From: a virus
Taxonomy: Duplodnaviria; Caudoviricetes
Length of the DNA stretch: 61,834 nt
IMG/VR virus record: IMGVR_UViG_3300020061_000006
Span: 1 to 61,834 of that record
Direction: 5' to 3' (one strand)
The notes under the pieces were generated by a model. That model was not told the DNA's origin, searched no databases, and was given only the letters and a program-made list of their open reading frames with translations. Of this stretch, positions 7,804 to 15,990 are shown in pieces (the stretch's first letter is position 1; the number at the start of each line of letters is the position of its first letter). A program made the position numbers and the translations under genes.

Positions 7804-8559
7804 CTAGCCGAGAGGCCGGCCGGTCACGAGAGTGAAGTAATGCTCAAGCTGAGCGCGAGAAATGCCCTGCCTGTCAACATTATCCTTGAAGAAGTCCGGA
7901 CCGAAGATAACCCACGCCTCATCCCAGTATTTGCGGAAGAAACGACTAGTCAGCTTCTGAAGCCGGCCCCACGTGACGGATACGTAGCCGTTCTTGTCAT
8001 AGGCGCCCAGCGTGACACAGTGGCCACCTACGCTCTCGCTACCGGGAACCACGTCCCACGCTTCGCCATTATTGAACTGCTCCTCTGCCGTGTCGGGCAC
8101 GTCAAAGCCAGTGTAGATCTGACCGAACAGATTGATGGCTGTCTTGACTTCCTTCTCATCGCGCACGTTAACCTTCGCGAATGCAAGGATCTTCTCGCCA
8201 TTGAATCCGTGTTTCTGCCAGAACTCCAAAACATCCTGACACATTGCGCCCTGGTCGGTGTTCGGGTCGCGGGGATCGTAACCGAAGTTCTCATAGAACT
8301 TGATTGCGTCCTCTTCGGTGATTACCAGGACAATGCCCTGATTAGCCCACACGTCGCCAATCCGCTTGTGGCCGACTCCGGCACACGTGCAATCACCCAC
8401 CTTGTCATTGCCGAGCATTCCCCACGCATCGGCTGGCACGTCGCTTATCCAGTCGCACGACTCGGGCGGTGCGGGAATCGTCGGTGGAAGAAGGCGGGCA
8501 AGCCTCACATGCGGACGGCTATGGTCGGCCGGCTTGCGACCGTACTTGAGGCCAGTCAC
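7804..8559 (-). CDS. Papain-like (C1-type) cysteine peptidase
   Basis: GNDKVGDCTCAG (Cys), GGHCV (His), TWG. Confidence 0.7.
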   Translation of the reverse strand: MTGLKYGRKPADHSRPHVRLARLLPPTIPAPPESCDWISDVPADAWGMLGNDKVGDCTCAGVGHKRIGDVWANQGIVLVITEEDAIKFYENFGYDPRDPNTDQGAMCQDVLEFWQKHGFNGEKILAFAKVNVRDEKEVKTAINLFGQIYTGFDVPDTAEEQFNNGEAWDVVPGSESVGGHCVTLGAYDKNGYVSVTWGRLQKLTSRFFRKYWDEAWVIFGPDFFKDNVDRQGISRAQLEHYFTLVTGRPLG

Positions 8560-8765
8560 TTGACCGCACTCGGCTTCTGAGTGTCGCCAATCGGCTTCAC
8601 GACGAAACCGTACACGGCACGGAAAGCCGCACCGACCGCAGCGGCAACGCCCGCGTGCGTAAAGTCAAATCCGGACGCGATGAAGTCGGAAGCGCCGGCG
8701 CCAACCGCTAGGACAACGACCTCTTCGAAGAAGCGCTTAGTAAACTTGGGCATTTGCATCGTCAT
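8556..8765 (-). CDS. Holin-like membrane protein
   Basis: Two hydrophobic segments, ends PIGDTQKPSAV; directly after the endolysin. Confidence 0.65.
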   Translation of the reverse strand: MTMQMPKFTKRFFEEVVVLAVGAGASDFIASGFDFTHAGVAAAVGAAFRAVYGFVVKPIGDTQKPSAVK

Positions 8766-9649
8766 TCACCAATCGTGATTTTGAGATCTTCGAGCGCGGA
8801 CTTGAGTTGTGCAATGAAGCCGGCGGGGTCTTTCAGCGCGGTGAGAATTGCATCGGTGTTCACCTTTGCACTGTGCGCGTCGCTGCCCGTGTTCTGCACG
8901 TAGGACTGAAAAGCCCAGAAAGGATTAGTCTTAGGATTCGGCTCGCCGGGGCCGGCGACCAATACGCCATCCGTCTTCATCATCTTTACATATACGGCGT
9001 CGGCGATATCGGGAACTAGGGCCGCCTTGAGTAGAGCGATGTCCGCTGCGGTAATAGCCATGTCGATTTCCCCATTTGCCCATGCTTTAAGTTCTGCTAC
9101 GGTATTGAAATTGGCTACATCTCGGTCCATGCCGCCGCTTATGGCGTACTGGTGGAATACCCATGGATGCTGGACATTCGGATTGCCGATAGCATGGTTC
9201 GGATCTGCAATCCAAAGGAAGTCACCACAGTACGACGATGTGTCAATGGCGGTCCAGAAGTTCACATTGCAGTAAAGGCCAACCCTGTTATTGGGGCACA
9301 GTTTCTTTACCGCCTTGATGAAGGCGTCTTTCTCAGCGGATGTAGCATGCTTCTTCGTATTGGGATCGGTTTCCCAATCGCACGCAAGCATGTCTCCATC
9401 CTTGAGCCTTCCGACCGCCTTAGCTTCCTTCACGAAATACTCAGCTTGCGCCTGAGTGCTTCCCGTGTGCTGGAAGTGGTAAAGCCCTGGAAGCAGACCA
9501 GCGGAGCGCGTATGCGCCACCTGGCCGGCACCATTCGGGTTGAGGTAGGTAGTTCCCTCCGTCATTTTTACGAATGCATAGGAGAGCCCTGTCACGCTGA
9601 ACGCAGTTGACTGGTAGCCGGCTACGTCAACGCCTTTGGGTTGTGCCAT
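8762..9649 (-). CDS. Endolysin, GH25 lysozyme
   Basis: GVDVAGYQ, FVKMTEG, GLYHF, CDWE, LWIA, HQY, DRD motifs. Confidence 0.92.
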   Translation of the reverse strand: MAQPKGVDVAGYQSTAFSVTGLSYAFVKMTEGTTYLNPNGAGQVAHTRSAGLLPGLYHFQHTGSTQAQAEYFVKEAKAVGRLKDGDMLACDWETDPNTKKHATSAEKDAFIKAVKKLCPNNRVGLYCNVNFWTAIDTSSYCGDFLWIADPNHAIGNPNVQHPWVFHQYAISGGMDRDVANFNTVAELKAWANGEIDMAITAADIALLKAALVPDIADAVYVKMMKTDGVLVAGPGEPNPKTNPFWAFQSYVQNTGSDAHSAKVNTDAILTALKDPAGFIAQLKSALEDLKITIGE

Positions 9650-9654
9650 GGGGA

Positions 9655-10074
9655 TTACCCCAATCTAGGTGCGGACCCCTTGAATTGAGAACAGTTCAGA
9701 GCGTCGTACCCCTCGTTGATCACTTTGTACGTACGGTCATAGACTGCTTTGTCCGGAGAGACTGCGCGCGCCTTGGTCGTATTGCCATCTATGAGAAGCT
9801 GGTATAGCGGACAGAGCGCCTTCTGCCGGCCTACGGTCTCACTGGTATTAAGACGGTTGGTATTGGAGACAACTCCGGAATACGCAAAGCCAGCGAGTAC
9901 GGCAACGGCGACCAGGATCGCGCCCAGGACGATCAGCCACCAAATCATTGATCGGTTCCGCTTAGTCTGTTTGGCTAGGACGACTTGTCTATTGGTTGCC
10001 TCTCGGTCGAGAGCTGCAACCATTCCCGCTAGGTCTTTTGCTGCTTCCGCTAGCCTATCGACTGGATTCGCCAT
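9655..10074 (-). CDS. Membrane protein (lysis cassette)
   Basis: Single TM segment WWLIVLGAILVAVAVLAG. Confidence 0.7.
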   Translation of the reverse strand: MANPVDRLAEAAKDLAGMVAALDREATNRQVVLAKQTKRNRSMIWWLIVLGAILVAVAVLAGFAYSGVVSNTNRLNTSETVGRQKALCPLYQLLIDGNTTKARAVSPDKAVYDRTYKVINEGYDALNCSQFKGSAPRLG

Positions 10075-10136
10075 GGTGCTCTACCTCAAGCCTCTTGAGT
10101 TCATCACGGAGCGCCTGCGTATTGCTCACGAGTGAA

Positions 10137-10325
10137 TTAGCTAGGCGTATCAGTTTCGCTAGTTCCTGTCTCACAATCTCCGGCATTGGGTCTCACTTCC
10201 ATGCGAAGGCTATCGGCCGCTGCGGTTAGGGCGATTGAGAATGCCTCAAGCTTTCCTATCGTCTTAAGCATGTCGTCTCGAATGGATTGGGATTGGGCAA
10301 TGAGCTCATCTATATTCTCGGTCAT
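10137..10325 (-). CDS. Hypothetical coiled-coil protein
   Basis: Fills the operon. Confidence 0.55.
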   Translation of the reverse strand: MTENIDELIAQSQSIRDDMLKTIGKLEAFSIALTAAADSLRMEVRPNAGDCETGTSETDTPS

Positions 10326-10330
10326 ACCAT

Positions 10331-10600
10331 TTATGACCCCCTACGGACAGCGGACAAAGCGTCCCCTACCGCGCGGTTAGAATCGATCATGGCTTGCGAT
10401 GCTTTCCCCAATACCGTCACATACTCGGTACGTACCAATTCGTTAAGCTCTCTGAGCTGACCCTCTAGCCTATCGGCGCGCGTCTTTTCGTCATCATAGG
10501 CTTTCTGCAATCGGTTATACATGACCTTGACCGCCCCTACGGCCAATAGTGCAAGTACCCCCAACGCGCCGTATTGCAAAAGAACATCGCTCAGTTCCAT
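10331..10600 (-). CDS. Membrane protein, possible holin
   Basis: N-terminal TM (QYGALGVLALLAV) plus coiled coil; AAGGGGGTAC RBS. Confidence 0.7.
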   Translation of the reverse strand: MELSDVLLQYGALGVLALLAVGAVKVMYNRLQKAYDDEKTRADRLEGQLRELNELVRTEYVTVLGKASQAMIDSNRAVGDALSAVRRGS

Positions 10601-10647
10601 GTCGTCATTTTCTAGTACCCCCTTGAAATGGACTGGACTACATTAGG

Positions 10648-11274
10648 TCAAATCAAGAGCCAAGTTCCCGGACCATAACCCGAAGGATTGGCAGACTCAC
10701 TCCATCCACATATCATGCGATGACCAAGCGATTCCCAATATTCCTGCGCTTCTGCTTTTGCGCCCGACTCATCAGATATGTCGGCTACTAGGTCATGCGA
10801 AGGATATCCGCCATCGCTAGAAAAGGAAGACTGCCAATGATCCAAACCATCCATAGTTATTCCGGCTTGAGCGAATGACTGAACACTCGTACTGAAATCT
10901 ATATTCCCGGAAACGCTATCAGTCATTGCCAGAAATTGATTGAATTCAGCCGGATGCTCATCCGGAGGCAGTATTCCGTCAGAAGCAAGTGAACTATAAT
11001 TCCCCTCCATATTTACCTTAAAAGACGTTATTCGAAGGCCGCCATTCGACCTTATGTAATCATCGGACTCCGCAATAGCATCATCAAAATCCGTGGCCAA
11101 TAGAGGATGTGAACTAGAGCCTGGACCGATCAAAGCCCAACTTGTTCCATCGAAAGTTATTGTCGCAGTGTAGAATCCGGAGAAATCCATATCAGTGTAT
11201 GCCTGGTTTTTGGATTCGCTCGCAATTGAGTCCACCGTTGACAGGTATGTAACGAGATCTTGTGCTGACACCAT
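10648..11274 (-). CDS. Acidic hypothetical protein at the end of the tail operon
   Basis: 208-aa ORF, GGAG RBS. Confidence 0.7.
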   Translation of the reverse strand: MVSAQDLVTYLSTVDSIASESKNQAYTDMDFSGFYTATITFDGTSWALIGPGSSSHPLLATDFDDAIAESDDYIRSNGGLRITSFKVNMEGNYSSLASDGILPPDEHPAEFNQFLAMTDSVSGNIDFSTSVQSFAQAGITMDGLDHWQSSFSSDGGYPSHDLVADISDESGAKAEAQEYWESLGHRMICGWSESANPSGYGPGTWLLI

Positions 11275-11280
11275 TACTCC

Positions 11281-11820
11281 TCAGAGCGGTATTACGGCCA
11301 TTCGCCTATCGGCAAAAGTTGCAGTAGTAGTCGTTGCGGTAACGGTTCTGTATTTGGCAGTGAATACATTTGACCCGGCAGTTAGCCCGGTATGCAAAAT
11401 CGTAAAGCTTACTCTATTTCCGCTTGTGCTCTGAATTATTAGAGAAGTGCTAGGGTCGGGAGCAACAGAGGTTGCACTTGATATCTGATAGCTCATAATG
11501 CTACCCGTACTAGCGGAACTATTACTTATGTTTGCATATAGGAAAACAAGAGCACGCGTTCCGGTTGAAACTGTTACCACTGGTCCAACCGTTGCCAGGT
11601 TCGTATAGGTCGAAGAGGTTGTTCCCTCGGATGTGGCTATGTAAGCTTGTGCTGGAATTCTTTCAGCTACAGAGTTCAATCCGTCAGAAACATATATAGC
11701 ACCCGGAGTCGTAGCTATGGCGGGTACGGTCTCTAGGCTGTTGTCGCGTAGATACGTATTCAGGTCGGCTGCCGTAAGAGTTGAATTTGCCGTAAATGTC
11801 TTGGGGGCCGTCCATGTCAT
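11281..11820 (-). CDS. Tail paralogue 7 of 7
   Basis: MxWTxP...LRDN..ET.P...Y.NL.T.GP.VTV...GLT.G.N.FT.KY...F..RR..V.PL. Confidence 0.85.
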   Translation of the reverse strand: MTWTAPKTFTANSTLTAADLNTYLRDNSLETVPAIATTPGAIYVSDGLNSVAERIPAQAYIATSEGTTSSTYTNLATVGPVVTVSTGTRALVFLYANISNSSASTGSIMSYQISSATSVAPDPSTSLIIQSTSGNRVSFTILHTGLTAGSNVFTAKYRTVTATTTTATFADRRMAVIPL

Positions 11821-12344
11821 AGCGGAAGGACCGCCATTCGCCTATTTGAGTAGGTCGAAATGCCTGAGCCGGTAATTTGATATTTTGCAGTAAAAGTATT
11901 TGTACCTGGCGTTAGCCCTGTATGCATTATGGCTCCGCCAGACCTCTGACCGCCGGCCCTGTTAAGATTTATTGCCCATATATTAGACGCTGCTGCTATG
12001 GTATCTCCGCTAACAGCGTATGACATCCATGCCGCAGTTGCAGTGGTAAGCATGTTGGCATAAAGAAACACGAATACACTAGTGCCGCATTCAACAGTTA
12101 CGGTCGGACCAATTGATGTCATATCTCCGTACGACGTAGACGCGTAGGTGTCGGAAACGGAAATAAAATCACTGGTCGGAGTGCGCTCTTGAATAGAATT
12201 TGGCGAGTCTGATATAAGCAAGCTTCCTGGCGTTTTAGATTTGGCGGGAGACATTTCAAGCATGTTGTCTCTTAGGTATATATTCAAATCAGACGACGCA
12301 AGAACAGTATTTGAAGCGAATGTCATTGGAGAAGTCCAAGCCAT
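11817..12344 (-). CDS. Tail paralogue 6 of 7
   Basis: Same motif set. Confidence 0.85.
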   Translation of the reverse strand: MAWTSPMTFASNTVLASSDLNIYLRDNMLEMSPAKSKTPGSLLISDSPNSIQERTPTSDFISVSDTYASTSYGDMTSIGPTVTVECGTSVFVFLYANMLTTATAAWMSYAVSGDTIAAASNIWAINLNRAGGQRSGGAIMHTGLTPGTNTFTAKYQITGSGISTYSNRRMAVLPL

Positions 12345-12357
12345 TCGAACCCCTCCT

Positions 12358-12906
12358 TTATAGTGGAAATACGGCTAGCCGTCTGTAGCGCCAATCTCCC
12401 GTAAGAGACCCAGATACTCTATATTTAGCCGTAAACGTATTCATTCCTGGCGTCAAATCACCGTGAAGAATAGCTGCCCCCCATGCCTGTCCGGCATTAG
12501 CTGACCCCTGTTGCAATTGGATTGCCCTATTGTCGGACGCATCAGATTGCGTATCGCCGCTTACTTCATAACTCATCCAAGTTGGACCGCCCGTACTGCT
12601 CCACTGTTGACAGTACAGAAAAATCAATGCACTAACAGAAGTAGCGACCGTTACGGAGGGGCCAATTGTCGCTAGGTCCGTATAGTCAGTTGAGGTCGTA
12701 GTCTCTGATGCAGTTCCATTGTCTACGTAAGCACTTATCGTAGATCGCTCAGCAATCATCCCACGGGCCACTACGGCAAAATGCGATCCAGCGTGTACGG
12801 ATCGAGCCGGCATGGTTTCCAGCATGTTGTCTCGGAGATACGTGTTCAACTGAGATGCGGTGAGAACCGAGTTCGGAACGAAGGTAATTGGGGCGGTCCA
12901 AACCAT
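12358..12906 (-). CDS. Tail paralogue 5 of 7
   Basis: Same motif set. Confidence 0.85.
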   Translation of the reverse strand: MVWTAPITFVPNSVLTASQLNTYLRDNMLETMPARSVHAGSHFAVVARGMIAERSTISAYVDNGTASETTTSTDYTDLATIGPSVTVATSVSALIFLYCQQWSSTGGPTWMSYEVSGDTQSDASDNRAIQLQQGSANAGQAWGAAILHGDLTPGMNTFTAKYRVSGSLTGDWRYRRLAVFPL

Positions 12907-12915
12907 GAATGCCCC

Positions 12916-13482
12916 CTAGAGTGGAATGACGATTATTCGGCGAGTTGCAAATGCGGCCGTACTGCCTGATGATATGGAATACTTCATAGTGAATATATTC
13001 GAGCCCGGATTCAATCCACCCTCATACATAACACTAGACGCAAATAGTGTTTGCCCAACGGCGGGCGAGCCTACCGCCGAGTTGCTTCCCGCGTATCCCA
13101 ATGACCAGTTCACAGATGCGGCAATAGTTGTTGCTCCGGATACCGCATAAGAAGCGCGAACCGATCCGGTTGTACTTGGCGTTGAAACCTCGGCCCTAAT
13201 AATTATCAATGCGGCCGATCCGGTATCAACCGTCACCGAAGGTCCTACCGTGGCCAGGTCTGTAAATGCTCCTGTAGTAGAAAGAGTTTCGCTAGTAGCC
13301 ACGAAGTTCTGAACAACGCTTCGTGCCGCTATCGCGTTGCTGCCCGTGGCCACGAAGTATTGTCCGGTTGCCGTCGCCTTGGCCGGCGATGTTTCTAGAA
13401 AGTTGTCTCGCACATGCTGATTCCACTGGGCTGCCGTTAGCGCGGTATTCGACACGGCAGTCATAGGGGAAGTCCAAACCAT
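12916..13482 (-). CDS. Tail paralogue 4 of 7
   Basis: Same motif set. Confidence 0.85.
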   Translation of the reverse strand: MVWTSPMTAVSNTALTAAQWNQHVRDNFLETSPAKATATGQYFVATGSNAIAARSVVQNFVATSETLSTTGAFTDLATVGPSVTVDTGSAALIIIRAEVSTPSTTGSVRASYAVSGATTIAASVNWSLGYAGSNSAVGSPAVGQTLFASSVMYEGGLNPGSNIFTMKYSISSGSTAAFATRRIIVIPL

Positions 13483-13491
13483 TGATGCCCC

Positions 13492-14034
13492 TTAGAAAGG
13501 TATGACCACTATTTCGCGCTTGCCGAACGACGCGATACCAGAGCCGGCTAGGTACTTCATGGTGAATGTATTTACGCCGGCGGTGAGACCCGTGATGCGA
13601 TGTGCCACGCTTCTCCGCGTAGTCGAGAAAGCCGTCAGCCCGTCCATAAGGCACGACCAGTCATCGGAGGGAGCCACGGTCGTTGCGCCTATTACAGAGA
13701 AGGAGAAGCGGCTACTGGAGTCCGTAGAGGAATTGCTGACCTCGGCGGACATGAACACCAGTGCCGAAGTGTCAGTGCCAGCGTTCACGGACGGCCCGAA
13801 TGTCGCCAGGTTTCCATAGCTAGTCGCCACCGTATTTTCGGTAGCCGATATGACATTGCTATTTGTAAAGGCCGATTCCACGGAGTGAGCGGCTATGTTT
13901 ATGAAGTGGGCGCCTTCATTGCCGGATCCATTGAAAGCTTCCGTCTCGGCCATGTCGTCGCGCACGGTCGCATTCCAAATAGCGGCAGTGAGGGTATCGT
14001 TAAGAACCGCAGTGTAAGGCGACGACCACGTCAC
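13492..14034 (-). CDS. Tail paralogue 3 of 7
   Basis: Same motif set; GTGA coupling. Confidence 0.85.
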   Translation of the reverse strand: MTWSSPYTAVLNDTLTAAIWNATVRDDMAETEAFNGSGNEGAHFINIAAHSVESAFTNSNVISATENTVATSYGNLATFGPSVNAGTDTSALVFMSAEVSNSSTDSSSRFSFSVIGATTVAPSDDWSCLMDGLTAFSTTRRSVAHRITGLTAGVNTFTMKYLAGSGIASFGKREIVVIPF

Positions 14035-14576
14035 AGCGGAATCACCACAATTTCACGTTGCTCGAATTGGGCAGGCGTATAAGTGGGCTGACACCTATAT
14101 TTCATTGTGAAAGTGTTGTCGCCAGCGTTTAGCAATACTCCTCGACACGAACTAATCCGCTGAGGATTATTGCTCTTCACTCCTCCACTGGACGCCATCC
14201 AATTATCGCTAGCCCCTATTGATGTCGCCCCGCTTACCTCGAAACTTGCATATGCACCTTTACCGTCGGTCGTTGCCAGGTTCCGCATGCGAGCCGAGAC
14301 AAACACAACAGCCGCCAGGCAATTGACAGTTACCGAAGGGCCGGCGGTAGTCAGGTCTGCATAGCTAGTCGATATCGTCTGTCCGGAGTCATTGGCGACG
14401 GATGAAACGAACTTACGCTCAGCCAACTGATTAGTACCGCTGACCGTAAACCAGTTCCCCGGACCGCTAGCCTTCGCCGAAGCCATTTCAAGCAGATTAT
14501 CTCTGACGCTTTGGTTGTACTGAGCGGCAGTGAGAATGTCATTCGTGGCTACCGTGATCGGAGTGGACCAAGCCAT
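14031..14576 (-). CDS. Tail paralogue 2 of 7
   Basis: Same motif set. Confidence 0.85.
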   Translation of the reverse strand: MAWSTPITVATNDILTAAQYNQSVRDNLLEMASAKASGPGNWFTVSGTNQLAERKFVSSVANDSGQTISTSYADLTTAGPSVTVNCLAAVVFVSARMRNLATTDGKGAYASFEVSGATSIGASDNWMASSGGVKSNNPQRISSCRGVLLNAGDNTFTMKYRCQPTYTPAQFEQREIVVIPL

Positions 14577-14587
14577 CTAGACTCCTC

Positions 14588-15667
14588 TCATAGCGGCATC
14601 ACGATTATTTCCCTGCGCCTGAATGTTCCGGTAGCACCAGATACGCCAGCGGCGTACTTCATCGTGAATACATTCGACCCTGGAGTCAGCCCGGTAACCC
14701 TGCGGCAAACACTCCAACGATTGGCGTTCGCTGCCGTCATGCCAGACGAGTAGATCGACCAGGAATCGTCGGCTGCTATCGTGGAGGCGCCTGAGACGGC
14801 AAAGCTCGCTTTCGCGTATCCACCCGACACGCCTGGCTTGGAATAGGTCACACGCAATTGTGGTTGATTAGCTTGCCCGCTGCCGGCGAAGTAGCAATAA
14901 TACGAAGTGCTGTTACTTGGTGCCTTGCCCAGAGCTACGCCCTTTGCCGTGCCGTCCCTAAATGCATTTCCTATGGAGTTGCTAACTGTGACCCATTTAG
15001 ATTGGCCATTATCGAAGTGCGTACTAGAAATGCCCGGGGTGACACTTGAATATAGCTTGCTCCCGGAAAGACTGGTATTGGTATGGGTTCCTATGTAGAC
15101 ATTTCCTCCGCCATAAGAAAAGAAGTGGAGGTTACCTAGGAAAAGCTCAGTCTTAGAGATCGTCGCGCCGGCCAGGTCTGATGCGATGGTAGTTGTATTA
15201 AACGTACACATCGAAAACTGATTGCCATTGGTAGAATCAAAAAAGCCTTGGAACATGTGCCCACTATCGAAGCCGGACCTATTCGTCCCATCAGATTCAT
15301 AGCTTGCCGAACCGGTAGTCGCATACGTGCCAACCGCGCTGATGTCTGGCACACCTGGTCCGGTATCGCTTTGCAGCTCGCAGCCAATCCAAACGATCGC
15401 CTCAGAACCGGTCGTTGCAGTGACCGCAGGGCCGGCGGTAGTTAGGTCTCCATACGCGGCATTGGAGCGAGTCTCCGCCGTGGTAACGACAGCGCTGCCT
15501 AGAACGCGCTCGGCTATCGCGTTGGCCGCAGTGCTCATGAAGTAGCCGCCGGCCGTAGCCGCCTTGCCTGACATCGTTTCGAGCATGTTGTCCCGCACGT
15601 GAGAGTTCCACTGTGCGGACGTCCACACGGCGCGTTCAGCGGCCGTCATAGGGGCAGTCCAGGCCAT
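14588..15667 (-). CDS. Tail paralogue 1 of 7 with ~180-aa inserted domain (likely receptor-binding)
   Basis: Starts MAWTAPMT at 15667; paralogue N- and C-halves flank an insert ending PQLRVTY. Confidence 0.85.
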   Translation of the reverse strand: MAWTAPMTAAERAVWTSAQWNSHVRDNMLETMSGKAATAGGYFMSTAANAIAERVLGSAVVTTAETRSNAAYGDLTTAGPAVTATTGSEAIVWIGCELQSDTGPGVPDISAVGTYATTGSASYESDGTNRSGFDSGHMFQGFFDSTNGNQFSMCTFNTTTIASDLAGATISKTELFLGNLHFFSYGGGNVYIGTHTNTSLSGSKLYSSVTPGISSTHFDNGQSKWVTVSNSIGNAFRDGTAKGVALGKAPSNSTSYYCYFAGSGQANQPQLRVTYSKPGVSGGYAKASFAVSGASTIAADDSWSIYSSGMTAANANRWSVCRRVTGLTPGSNVFTMKYAAGVSGATGTFRRREIIVMPL

Positions 15668-15669
15668 GA

Positions 15670-15990
15670 CTAACCCCCCGTGTGTTCTGCCGTTTCGTCG
15701 CGCAACTGGGCTACCGTCTGGCCGTGCGGCACGTTCGCTCGGAGTGCGAGAACGTGGCCGGAGGGAAACCAATTGCGAGTCCTGGGCGCCACGCGCTCCT
15801 GTAGAACCTCCCAGATTTCATCTGCATTAGTAGGCCACTCGATAGAGCTGATTGTCTTGCACTCCGGGCAAGCAAAGGCGGTCTGTCCGGGATCCAGCTT
15901 TAGGGCACCGCCGCAATTTATAGGGCAATCCGCTACCCATCGATCCCAGTTGACATATGCGCGGGCCTGATTAGTGAGTAGTGTTGTCAT
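15670..15990 (-). CDS. Zinc-ribbon protein in the tail operon
   Basis: CPINC...CPEC. Confidence 0.7.
   Translation of the reverse strand: MTTLLTNQARAYVNWDRWVADCPINCGGALKLDPGQTAFACPECKTISSIEWPTNADEIWEVLQERVAPRTRNWFPSGHVLALRANVPHGQTVAQLRDETAEHTGG

Noticed and set aside
14825-15365. Intein in tail paralogue 1
   Set aside because: No HN-C/S/T C-terminal splice motif; resembles a beta-sandwich tail domain
11281-15667. Diversity-generating retroelement or shufflon behind the tail paralogues
   Set aside because: No reverse transcriptase, no adenine-specific TR/VR pair, no local invertase; all copies are intact and co-oriented
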